64,000 bases of DNA from the NCBI GenBank assembly GCA_024692925.1, contig JAILLX010000088.1, positions 152-64,151 of the forward strand, read 5' to 3'. Below the pieces are notes generated by a model. It was not told the origin of the DNA. It saw nothing but the letters and a program-made list of their open reading frames with translations, and did not search any database. Positions 11,982 to 20,684 of this stretch are shown here, one piece after another. The position numbers and the translations under genes are program-made. The stretch's first letter is position 1, and every line of letters starts with the position of its first letter. Source of the DNA: a bacterium. GTDB taxonomy: Bacteria; Pseudomonadota; Alphaproteobacteria; Rs-D84; CACZYB01.

Positions 11982-13485
11982 TTTTTACATCAATCAAATT
12001 TTCCGGCACAGAAAATGTCTTTGCAAGCCACAATGCAACCGCCTTTTTATCGACAATATTTGTTGCCTCTGTCCCAAGTTCAGAAAGAGCCTTTATCCAT
12101 GCCAAAATATTTTCCGCATCACGCACCGCCTGATTTTTTGCAAGTGGTGATTGATACTTCAAATCAACCTCATGCCCATCAATAAATATGTCTTCTATCT
12201 CACCCCTGCGTTTCAAAATTGAAACCGCACGAAGAATAACCGGCGTCAAAAATTCAGATTGAAGTCGGCCATATGTTGCACCCAAAATTCGGCTCATCTG
12301 ATTTGTTCGTTCAATAACTTCTGTCGCAGTCATCTTTGCCGAATTAAAAGATAAAATTTGATCCACCAAAAGACTGTGATTTATCTTTGCCCTTAAATCC
12401 GAAAGGACCAATTGCGAAACATCGAAATCCGCACCGGTCCTAAGTGGTGTAAGCCCACTTGACCCCACCGCCTTTGGAATAATTGTTCCCGGAGCCAAAG
12501 TAATATTTTCGATATTAAGGACACCATCATCATCCGCTTGCCAAACACCACTTACTGCAATTGATGCATTTTTAAGGATAAGTTCCACCACCTTATTTGC
12601 AGTTTTTATATCAGGCAAAGCACTCATCACCGGCGATCTTCCATAAATTTCTGATGGTACTTTCATCCATCTGAAACAAATGAACGGTGAGTTTGCAAAC
12701 ACCCCTGTTTTAAGGACAAATTTATGCCCAAGTTTAAGACAATTATTTTCATCAATTACGAATGCAACATAATTATAACCCTGTTGCCCACATGCATTTA
12801 TCCTTGGCAAAACAGCTTCTATCACCGTCACCATTTCATCCGGATTTTTATTTATATATGAAAGTTGTACTTCATCAAATTCAAAATTTGAAAACCTTAA
12901 TTTCAAATTCAAAAGTGAAAGATTTGTCCTTCTGAAAACCGTATCCAACTTACCATTCAAATTTTCCTCTAATGCAATTTCATTCATTGGCACCGCAGTA
13001 AATTTGAATGCAGAAACATCACCAACCTGATTTTCTTCCATAAGCATTACCGCAGTTCCAATAGTAATCAAATCCAAATAACACTGATGAGCTTCCACAT
13101 AAAAATTTGATCTATCGAAATGAGATTGCAAAGTTTTTTGTATCTTTTCCAATTGTTTGTATTTTTCGGATTTTGTATCTGCATCATCAATCACATCAAC
13201 ACCAAACCCAAGTCCAAACCATCGTGACCATGGTGGAGTAAGTTCCGATAAAATACTTCCTGCTAATTTTGCAACACCACTTTCCGCAGTCGAATCAAAA
13301 ATATCAGGACTTTTCTTTTTTGAATATTGCCCACCGGTAAAAAGTCCACCTTTTTGTGGCAAGGCAAAATCATAACATTCATTCCAATCTGGTTCCCACT
13401 CCAACCTTTTTTCCATTGCCAATTTGTATCTTGAATAAATTTTTTCAAGTTCCATTTCATCAACAACATATCTGTTTTCAAGCAT
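11974..13485 (-). CDS. T7 gp8-like head-to-tail connector (portal) protein
   Basis: 503 aa; alignable by eye to T7 gp8 (D..DSTAESGVAKLAG..L..L.PPW region; conserved YGRS motif in VPSEIYGRSPVMSAL). Confidence 0.8.
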   Translation of the reverse strand: MLENRYVVDEMELEKIYSRYKLAMEKRLEWEPDWNECYDFALPQKGGLFTGGQYSKKKSPDIFDSTAESGVAKLAGSILSELTPPWSRWFGLGFGVDVIDDADTKSEKYKQLEKIQKTLQSHFDRSNFYVEAHQCYLDLITIGTAVMLMEENQVGDVSAFKFTAVPMNEIALEENLNGKLDTVFRRTNLSLLNLKLRFSNFEFDEVQLSYINKNPDEMVTVIEAVLPRINACGQQGYNYVAFVIDENNCLKLGHKFVLKTGVFANSPFICFRWMKVPSEIYGRSPVMSALPDIKTANKVVELILKNASIAVSGVWQADDDGVLNIENITLAPGTIIPKAVGSSGLTPLRTGADFDVSQLVLSDLRAKINHSLLVDQILSFNSAKMTATEVIERTNQMSRILGATYGRLQSEFLTPVILRAVSILKRRGEIEDIFIDGHEVDLKYQSPLAKNQAVRDAENILAWIKALSELGTEATNIVDKKAVALWLAKTFSVPENLIDVKNE

Positions 13486-13507
13486 ATTAAACCCCTTTTC
13501 TTAAATT

Positions 13508-13542
13508 AAAAAAATCCCTTTAAGATAAAATTCTTAAAGGGA
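13508..13542 (-). terminator. rho-independent terminator downstream of ftsZ (minus strand)
   Basis: tccctttaag/cttaaaggga 10-bp stem followed by T-run on the minus strand. Confidence 0.6.
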
Positions 13543-13563
13543 GGTTAAAAAAAATTATAACTA

Positions 13564-15252
13564 TTATTTACTGCTATTATCCTTTTTAAATATTGCCGGA
13601 ATATGCATAGTTTCTTCCATTTTTTGCAACATTTCCATAATATCAGTTTGTTGAGCTTCTTGCTTTTGTTCTTCAAGTCCGCCCGCTAAAAATACGACAT
13701 TATCATCTTCGTGTTTTTCAGTTTTTTCCAATGCTTTCACTTCTAAATTTTCAGATTTCGAAAGCTTTGAATCATCATCACCGAATGTATCAACATCATC
13801 AAAGAAATTATCCTCTTTTGATTCGCCAAGCATATCAAAAAATGATGACAAAGGACTTTTCTTTTTTCCATTACCGCCGTTTGGATCGGTTGGATCATCA
13901 TCGCCATTATCATCATCTTTTTTTGAAACTTCAGCCTCATTCTTTTTTGTAATTTCTTCGGCTTCACGATTTATAAAATCGTCAATACTAAGTGATTCAT
14001 TTTTTTTCATAAAAGCGTCAAAACTATTATCTTCGGTTTGTCCCATATCCTTAAACAAACTTTCAGGTTCAGTTTTTTCATTATCCAAAACAAGTTCGTT
14101 TGCCCCAAGTTCATCAATTGCGACCGAAGGGTCTTTTTCAAATGTTTCGTTATCTATTGGCAAAGGTTTTTCTTCGACTTTTTTCTCTTCCTTTCTATCC
14201 GAAGAAAGAGAAGTCATAAAATCATTCACAACAGGTTTTGTCGCAAAAACATTACCATTTGAAACTGCTTCAGAAAGCCCAGTTGCAATAATCGCCACCT
14301 TTAAATTTTCGCCCATATTTGCATCAAAGCAAGTACCAAGATAAAAGTTTGTTTCATCGCCATCAATTTCACGTCTGATGCTATTCATCACCTCGGCTGG
14401 TTCATCCAAAGAAAGGTTTTCCGGATTCGCAGTAATATTCACCAAAACCGACCTTGCCCCCCTTATATCATTACCGGAAAGCATTGGGTTTTGCAAAACG
14501 CCACTTACTGCCTTAATCGCCCTATCCTCACCACTTTGAACTGATGTACCGATAAGGGTTCTTCCACTTTCCTCCATAACCGCACGAATATCCGCAAAAT
14601 CAAGGTTTATTGTACCTGGGATACGGATTAAATCAGTAATATTTTTCACCCCTTCATAAAGGACATTATCCGAAACCTTAAACGCATTCAAAAATGTCAT
14701 TTGCTTTCCCGCAACATGATAAAGGTTTTGATTAGGAAGCACGATATAAGAGTCCACATTTGGAACCAACTTTGCAATTGCATCGTTTGCAATTTTTTCC
14801 TTTTTCTTTCCTTCAAATTCAAACGGAGTAGTAATAATCGCCACGGTCAAAATTCCCTTTTCCCGAGCAAGCCCAGCAATCACCGGCATTGCACCACTAC
14901 CTGTACCGCCACCCATACCAGCAGTCAAAAAAAGTATATTAGTATTTTTAATTATATCAGAAATTTCGCCACTTGATTCTTCGGCTGCCTTCTGCCCAAC
15001 TTCTGGCCTTGAACCGGCACCAAACCCCTTGGTTGTCTGTTTACCAAGTTGAATTTTTTTCGAAGCCTTTGATTGAATAAGCGATTGTGCATCCGTATTT
15101 GCCACAACAAAATCGACACCATCGATTCCCTGACTAATCATATTATTTACGGCATTACAACCAGCCCCACCAACACCCATTACGGTAATTCGTGGAATAA
15201 AATTTTGAATTTCGTCGTCATTTGATTTATATCCGAAATTTCCTTCAATCAT
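13564..15252 (-). CDS. ftsZ: cell division GTPase FtsZ (long acidic C-terminal linker)
   Basis: 562 aa; ITVMGVGGAGCNAV, tubulin signature LFLTAGMGGGTGSGAMPVIA, NLDFADIRAVM; C-terminal HIPAIFKK resembles conserved DIPAFLR peptide. Confidence 0.92.
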   Translation of the reverse strand: MIEGNFGYKSNDDEIQNFIPRITVMGVGGAGCNAVNNMISQGIDGVDFVVANTDAQSLIQSKASKKIQLGKQTTKGFGAGSRPEVGQKAAEESSGEISDIIKNTNILFLTAGMGGGTGSGAMPVIAGLAREKGILTVAIITTPFEFEGKKKEKIANDAIAKLVPNVDSYIVLPNQNLYHVAGKQMTFLNAFKVSDNVLYEGVKNITDLIRIPGTINLDFADIRAVMEESGRTLIGTSVQSGEDRAIKAVSGVLQNPMLSGNDIRGARSVLVNITANPENLSLDEPAEVMNSIRREIDGDETNFYLGTCFDANMGENLKVAIIATGLSEAVSNGNVFATKPVVNDFMTSLSSDRKEEKKVEEKPLPIDNETFEKDPSVAIDELGANELVLDNEKTEPESLFKDMGQTEDNSFDAFMKKNESLSIDDFINREAEEITKKNEAEVSKKDDDNGDDDPTDPNGGNGKKKSPLSSFFDMLGESKEDNFFDDVDTFGDDDSKLSKSENLEVKALEKTEKHEDDNVVFLAGGLEEQKQEAQQTDIMEMLQKMEETMHIPAIFKKDNSSK

Positions 15253-15398
15253 AATCTCCCCCTTTTGACTTCATTCCCTAAGTATACCATAAAAAAAGCA
15301 AAAAGTTAAGATATAAAAAGCAAAAACGAAAAATATTTTTATTGACTAATCAGAACCAAACACATCCATTCCGGACTTGATTTGGAATCCACAAAAAA

Positions 15399-15908
15399 TT
15401 ATTCGCTAATACTTACATTTGACAAAGCATTATTGCAATCTTCTGCCTTATCCATAAGTTCAGCAAGTTCCTTTGTCGATGATGCCGAAAGTGCCACCGA
15501 AACCAGATTTGCACCTGTCGCCACACCCGAAGCAATAGTCGATGCCAACCGCAAATTTTTCAACTTTGCATTATTATCTTTGTTTATATTTGTCTCAGAT
15601 TTTGCATTAGCTTTTTCACCAATTGCTATATTGTCTTTTTCTTCATTAGCCTTAATAATCTTGCCCGCCTTTAACGCAGCCATTGTGGATGTAGTCGCAC
15701 CAACACCACTTGCCACGGTCGCAACACCCGATGTCACACTGGTTCCAATTGATTTTGATTTCACTTCATTAAGCACAGATTTATCAAACACACAAGTGGA
15801 AATTACCGCCTCTATATTCTCAGCCTGCTTTTTAATTTTTGTGGAAGAAAGCTTTGCCTCCGCCCCAGTTGATACAAAAGCCAACAAAACCAAAATTAAT
15901 TTTTTCAT
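15399..15908 (-). CDS. secreted Gly/Ala/Thr-rich protein
   Basis: 169 aa; signal peptide; GVATVASGVGATTS / GVATGANLVS glycine-zipper-like segments; stop abuts the start of the upstream 553-aa gene. Confidence 0.45.
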   Translation of the reverse strand: MKKLILVLLAFVSTGAEAKLSSTKIKKQAENIEAVISTCVFDKSVLNEVKSKSIGTSVTSGVATVASGVGATTSTMAALKAGKIIKANEEKDNIAIGEKANAKSETNINKDNNAKLKNLRLASTIASGVATGANLVSVALSASSTKELAELMDKAEDCNNALSNVSISE

Positions 15909-17569
15909 TATTCTTCTCCATAACTTTCAAGTTCAGCATTATAAGAGTTGTAAAGCAATTTCAATGCCGACATTTTTGACTCACATTCTTGCAAATGCGA
16001 AAGTGCAGAATCCGCAGTCGCAACCGCTGCCAAAGAAAGAGCAAATGTTCCACCCGATGTTAAAAGTGACCCAGCATTAAGTCCCGCCTGTACCCAATCC
16101 AAAGTATGCGAAGTCTTTACATTGCTATCCACCGACTTTTCGATACTTTTTCTTTGAGAAATCTTACTATTGTTTTCTTCTATCTTTTTAATTCTATTCT
16201 CAAGAAGAACTAAACTATCAGTCATATTTGTTAAACCAGTATCGCTAACATAATTAGATGGATTATTTCTTGCATCACTCCAAATCTCAACAGAAATATT
16301 ATCAGCTTCATTTTTCAACTCTGCATACCTTTTTTCATAAGATTTATCAAATTTATCCTTAGAATCATAACTCAAACCATAAGACTGAATTCTTGCCTTA
16401 CAAGAACCTGCTATCTTATCATCGACAAATTCAGGTTTTTTATTATTATCCAACTTTGTATACTTTTTACATTCAGTAATTTTACTTCCATCATTAGACC
16501 ATTTTACACCACCCATTTCACCTTCAAATTTTAAGAAATCGAAAGTTTTTTCATTAACTTTTTTCTCGACTTCTTTATCATTAAGATTTACTCCTAAGTC
16601 CTTCTTTTTTTCTGCAATCTTAGATTCAAGCTCTTCTTTTGCTCTTAATACACAACCCAATTTTTCTGTTGCAAGCTTGCTCTCATCTAACTTAGTACTT
16701 TCAACCAGACTAAGATCTATCGAAGATTTACAATCATCCTTAGTCGACTTATCTTCTTCACCAGAAACATCTGTTATTTTATTATACTGTTCTATTTTCT
16801 TGCCTACCTCGTTGGTCTTCTTAACATTCACAACACCAACTGCGGTTGCACCACCCGAAAGCAACATACCACCAACCGAAAGCCCAGTCGACCAACCAAG
16901 TTGACCTTTCAACTTTTCCATATCGTCATAAAATGCCGAGCAAGAAGACTTTGCATCATTTATCGCACTAACAATCTTTGGCACAAATTCCGCCACATCA
17001 ACAAACTGTTCATAATCAAATGACATATAGTTCACATCGACATCCGACCTTACAATTTTTAAACGGCGGGAAAGTGCAAATGTTTCAAGTTGAGATTTGC
17101 TTGCCTCCACCAATTCAATTGTATACGAATACCCTGCAAGCAATGGCTGACATTCGAACCCAGCCTCTGCACTATACGAAACAATATCCCCAGATGATGA
17201 AATTCCGGTTAGTTTCATATACGGACCAAAGCAAAGTGTTTCATTAAGCCCTGCTGATCCATTTGATTTATAATATGCCGAAACACTAGGGAGCAACATC
17301 GTCGCCAAATCATACTTCACATCATACCTAAGTTTTGTATCAAAAACCGCAGAGTCGGCAATAAACCTATGTGTCGAAGTTTGTATTGATGAACCTGACG
17401 ATGAACTACTTGAACTGGAAGATGAAGTCGATGACCTACTTGCCCTTAATTCAGATGATGATGTTGCACGTTTCGAAGATCTTGTACTTTTCTTCTTTTT
17501 TGCAAAGGCACCATCGCCCAACCCAAGGCAAAGACTTAAAACCAAACCAGAAACAATAACTTTTCTCAT
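15908..17569 (-). CDS. secreted coiled-coil protein with basic Ser/Arg-rich N-terminal module
   Basis: 553 aa; signal peptide, KKKKSTRSSKRATSSSELRASRSS, poly-Ser, long coiled coil, Gly-rich hydrophobic segments; paralogous to 47176..48756. Confidence 0.5.
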   Translation of the reverse strand: MRKVIVSGLVLSLCLGLGDGAFAKKKKSTRSSKRATSSSELRASRSSTSSSSSSSSSSGSSIQTSTHRFIADSAVFDTKLRYDVKYDLATMLLPSVSAYYKSNGSAGLNETLCFGPYMKLTGISSSGDIVSYSAEAGFECQPLLAGYSYTIELVEASKSQLETFALSRRLKIVRSDVDVNYMSFDYEQFVDVAEFVPKIVSAINDAKSSCSAFYDDMEKLKGQLGWSTGLSVGGMLLSGGATAVGVVNVKKTNEVGKKIEQYNKITDVSGEEDKSTKDDCKSSIDLSLVESTKLDESKLATEKLGCVLRAKEELESKIAEKKKDLGVNLNDKEVEKKVNEKTFDFLKFEGEMGGVKWSNDGSKITECKKYTKLDNNKKPEFVDDKIAGSCKARIQSYGLSYDSKDKFDKSYEKRYAELKNEADNISVEIWSDARNNPSNYVSDTGLTNMTDSLVLLENRIKKIEENNSKISQRKSIEKSVDSNVKTSHTLDWVQAGLNAGSLLTSGGTFALSLAAVATADSALSHLQECESKMSALKLLYNSYNAELESYGEE

Positions 17570-17696
17570 TCCAATTCTCCCATAAATATATTAAACATAG
17601 TACCATATTTTTGGACATAATCCAAGCAATATTTGAAAAAATTTACTTTTTTTGTTGCGTTTTAGTAAAATATCGGTTATAAACTATACATCCGAT

Positions 17697-17772
17697 GGCG
17701 AGGTAGCTCAGTTGGTAGAGCAAAGGACTGAAAATCCTTGTGTCGGCAGTTCGATTCTGCCCCTAGCCACCA
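17697..17772 (+). tRNA. tRNA-Phe (GAA)
   Basis: Cloverleaf by hand: acceptor GGCGAGG/CCUAGCC (one G4.A69 mismatch), D-loop AGUUGGUAG, anticodon loop cuGAAaa, T-loop UUCGAUU, encoded CCA. Confidence 0.88.
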
Positions 17773-17779
17773 TAAATTC

Positions 17780-17810
17780 ACTCCCCACTGTTTTGTGGGG
17801 AGTTTTTTTA
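17780..17810 (+). terminator. rho-independent terminator after tRNA-Phe
   Basis: ctccccac...gtggggag hairpin + T-run. Confidence 0.6.
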
Positions 17811-17828
17811 TTTCGAAAAATGATTATT

Positions 17829-19016
17829 TTATTTTGAATTATATTCCGATATTCCAAGGAAATCCTCTAATTTTACTGATCCTTTTTTTAAACTTTCCGT
17901 TCCCTTTACAAACATATTGTCACAATCAAGATATCCCTTTAAACGAGTCTGAAGTTCAGAATACCAAGGTTTTTCCTTTAATCCATTAAGTATAAATTTC
18001 AAATTTTCATTCATTTTATTTGAATGATTACGAATAGTCATATCCAAAAATGGGTTATAATCCTTAATACTACTTTCGGAATGTATTTCCGCTATCTTTG
18101 CAAAAGCCGAATACATATCAAAATTTAGTTTACTTCCATCAACAATGCTATTCATAATACTTTTACGCATTGAAAAAAACACACCACCAGAAGTCAAAGT
18201 TTTATAGACATTATCAATATTTTCATCCATTAACTTTTCATTAAACTCAATCAATGAAAGCCCTTCATCTTCCAACCTACTTTCCAAAGATTCGGAATGG
18301 GATTTATTACCACCATCACCCTTTAACCCCATATCATTTGCAATACTTGCAACCTTCACAGAAACATCATCTTCATGGGAAGATACAAATTTTTTCCCCA
18401 TTTCACCCAATGAAAGTTTTACAACATTATCCCTCAAAATATGAAACAATATAGAATTTTTTTCCTCATCCGATTTTGCATTTTCATAATCGAATTTAGT
18501 ATAATAATCAGCTACCTCTAAAATCTGTTTTACCTCATCTTCTGTATAATTCGAAGTTTTATAAACAGCAGAGTTTTTGCCAATTTCATACAATTTATCC
18601 CCTTTTTGTACTGGCTTAACAATAAAGGCATTATCAGGCAACACCAATCCCGTATCAGGATTAGGAATAAACCATGTATCATCTACCGAAACACTTTGTG
18701 GATTTACATTTTTACTAACCAACTCATTATATGGTATCAACACTACAAAAGGAGTTTTATCCCAATTCCCAGCCATATGAGATGTTACCACTTGATTTAA
18801 TGTTACATGCACACTAGCCCTAGGAAGCTTATAATCCGTAGCCATACCAGTAGTTTCAATATATCGCTCGCCATTCAAATTAACCTTTGGCTCATACTTT
18901 GTTGCATGAACACAAACCCAATTTTTCACATCAGACATATAGTCCACTTTGGCTTTTTTATCTTTTAATTCAAAAGATTCTACTTTTTCTAATAATTCCA
19001 TTTTTGCTCCTATCAA
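17829..19016 (-). CDS. hypothetical protein
   Basis: 395 aa intact ORF, no recognisable motifs; lies between the terminase ATPase half and tRNA-Phe. Confidence 0.45.
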   Translation of the reverse strand: MIGAKMELLEKVESFELKDKKAKVDYMSDVKNWVCVHATKYEPKVNLNGERYIETTGMATDYKLPRASVHVTLNQVVTSHMAGNWDKTPFVVLIPYNELVSKNVNPQSVSVDDTWFIPNPDTGLVLPDNAFIVKPVQKGDKLYEIGKNSAVYKTSNYTEDEVKQILEVADYYTKFDYENAKSDEEKNSILFHILRDNVVKLSLGEMGKKFVSSHEDDVSVKVASIANDMGLKGDGGNKSHSESLESRLEDEGLSLIEFNEKLMDENIDNVYKTLTSGGVFFSMRKSIMNSIVDGSKLNFDMYSAFAKIAEIHSESSIKDYNPFLDMTIRNHSNKMNENLKFILNGLKEKPWYSELQTRLKGYLDCDNMFVKGTESLKKGSVKLEDFLGISEYNSK

Positions 19017-20083
19017 AACCCAAAATTATTATAGCATTTTTACAAATCAAAAAACAATAATTAAAAAAAGCAAATATTCCATTCAATTCTAAAGGTAATC
19101 ATTAAAAATATCCTCCATATTTTAAACGAAAAACCAACACAAAAACACCCAACATTTTCCAATCCTCAAATCCATATTGTTCATTTATTGACAAATATTT
19201 ATTTTAGTCCTAAAAATTTGAGAATTCTCGAAAAAAAATAACAAAAAAGTGATTTTTTTATTTGAAATTTAAAAATTAAATTGCTAAAAAAGAACTATGT
19301 TTCGACCGATTCGAGAATCGATTCTATTTTTTACAAAAAGAATCGGTTTTTAAAGTGCTTTTTCTAGTGATTTTTCACTAGACAATTTGATTTTTCAAAA
19401 AGAATCTTAAAATTTTTAACTGATTGATTTTACAGTAAAATTTTTTGTTTTTCTTAGTTTAAAAAGTTGCCAAAAAAAGAATCGCTTGACTTTTTTTGTC
19501 GAGTAGTTTAAGAATCTAGCTATGAAACGAATTTGAAATATATTTTTAAGTTTGTTTTCACAGTTATTCCCTGTTGCGTTCCTTTTCTCTCCTTTCCTCC
19601 TTCTCTCCTCGCAACGGGGAATTTTTTTTATCTTGAGCAAGATATCCGAGTAAACAACCTTCCCTTGCCATTGCAAAGCAAAGGCGTGACAATCCATAAT
19701 AAGACAAACACATCTACTGTCACCCTGAACTTGTTTCAGGGTCCAGATCCCGAAATAAATTCGGGATGACCAAAGTTGGCGGAAATATCCCACTTTACCA
19801 TTACGAGAAATCCTAGAATTGCTGGTTTGTATACTCGGTTGGCTCCGATAAAAAAATCCCTTAAGTCGAGGAGAGAGAGAAAATAAGGAGGGAATGACTT
19901 AAGGGATATACTGGCTTTCACCAGACTTGCCGAAATGAGGGGTCGTCTCGGCAAATTTTGTTTTCGTATTAACGAATTGACTTCATTATACAAATTTATT
20001 TTTCTTTGTCAATATATTTTTGAAAAAAATTTTTATTTGTATAATATTTTTAATTTTTTCAGTAAAATCAATAGGTTTTTATT
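19017..20083. promoter_or_regulatory. ~1.07 kb non-coding region: AT-rich iterated AAAAAGAATC repeats and palindromes, then a GC-richer block of long hairpins
   Basis: AAAAAGAATC at 19335, 19397, 19474 (+AAGAATC 19509); palindromes gagaattctc, gaatcgattc, ctagtga-N5-tcactag; hairpins 19569-19619 and 19858-19905 with complementary CT-/GA-rich 28-31 nt loops. Confidence 0.5.
19719..19743. repeat. palindromic hairpin repeat, copy A (gtcaccctgaacttgtttcagggtc)
   Basis: Same unit as at 41931, 42046, 42377; stem carries a compensatory change (ccctgaa/ttcaggg vs tcctgaa/ttcagga); preceded by shared 18-nt box aatccataataagacaaa (19691-19708). Confidence 0.7.
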
Positions 20084-20683
20084 CTAAGTTTTATAAATTG
20101 TATCCAATGTATGAGGTGTCCCAATAAAAATTTGCATACCATTTGGCACCAAAATAAAGCTATATTCCAAAAGTTTCTCTCTCAAATCTTGTCTTTTTTG
20201 AAAAGTATCGCAATTTTTTGGTACCTCCACATCATCACAAATCACAACATCAGCCCTACTTCCCGTAGCATTAGACATAAGTCCCACCGCCATCATAGAT
20301 GGATCCCGCAAAGCCACATCACGTGCCACGGTAAAACTTCCCGACGCCCACTCTGATTTTTTCTCAGGTCTAATTTCTTCTAACAAAGGAAAAGTTTCAA
20401 TAATTCGCTTAACATTTCTGACCATCTTTTTTGCCAAAACTGTATCCGCCGCAACCACTAAAATCCTAAGGTTCGGATTAGTATATAAAAGCCACGCACA
20501 AAACACACCAACTATTGTTGACTTTCCACTACTTCGAAACGCCATCAAAAGACCTTTTTTATTTTCAGATTTGTAAATATTCAAAAGCCACTTTGCAATA
20601 CGTATATGGTGCGATGGTGTCGAAAGTCCCTGAAATTTATTCCAATCCAAAAGGAATTTTTCAAAATCAACTTTTTCAACCAT
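20084..20683 (-). CDS. phage terminase large subunit, N-terminal ATPase domain only
   Basis: 199 aa; Walker A AFRSSGKST, ILVVAADTVLAKK, Walker B GSRADVVICDDVE, IFIGTPHT: matches Terminase_6N-type ATPase core; ORF stops after the ATPase domain. Confidence 0.82.
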   Translation of the reverse strand: MVEKVDFEKFLLDWNKFQGLSTPSHHIRIAKWLLNIYKSENKKGLLMAFRSSGKSTIVGVFCAWLLYTNPNLRILVVAADTVLAKKMVRNVKRIIETFPLLEEIRPEKKSEWASGSFTVARDVALRDPSMMAVGLMSNATGSRADVVICDDVEVPKNCDTFQKRQDLREKLLEYSFILVPNGMQIFIGTPHTLDTIYKT

Positions 20684-20684
20684 T

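Noticed and set aside
13564-15252. Possibility that the tubulin-like gene is a phage PhuZ/TubZ-type segregation protein
   Set aside because: It carries the full FtsZ signature set, including the GGGTGSG motif, the FtsZ T7 loop and the conserved C-terminal tail peptide. Phage tubulins lack these.
19416-19993. Three overlapping ORFs (125, 78, 85 aa) in the structured spacer
   Set aside because: Low-complexity translations (poly-Leu/Phe/Ser from CT-rich loop sequence), no RBS, overlapping each other on both strands. The region is better explained as structured non-coding DNA/RNA.
11982-20083. Interpretation of the 8.1 kb between the terminase halves as an intron/intein-type insertion in a single terminase gene
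   Set aside because: The segment contains several independent protein genes on the same strand (including portal and ftsZ), its own terminators and a tRNA. There are no group I/II intron or intein/homing-endonuclease signatures. Rearrangement or a genuinely two-gene terminase is more parsimonious.
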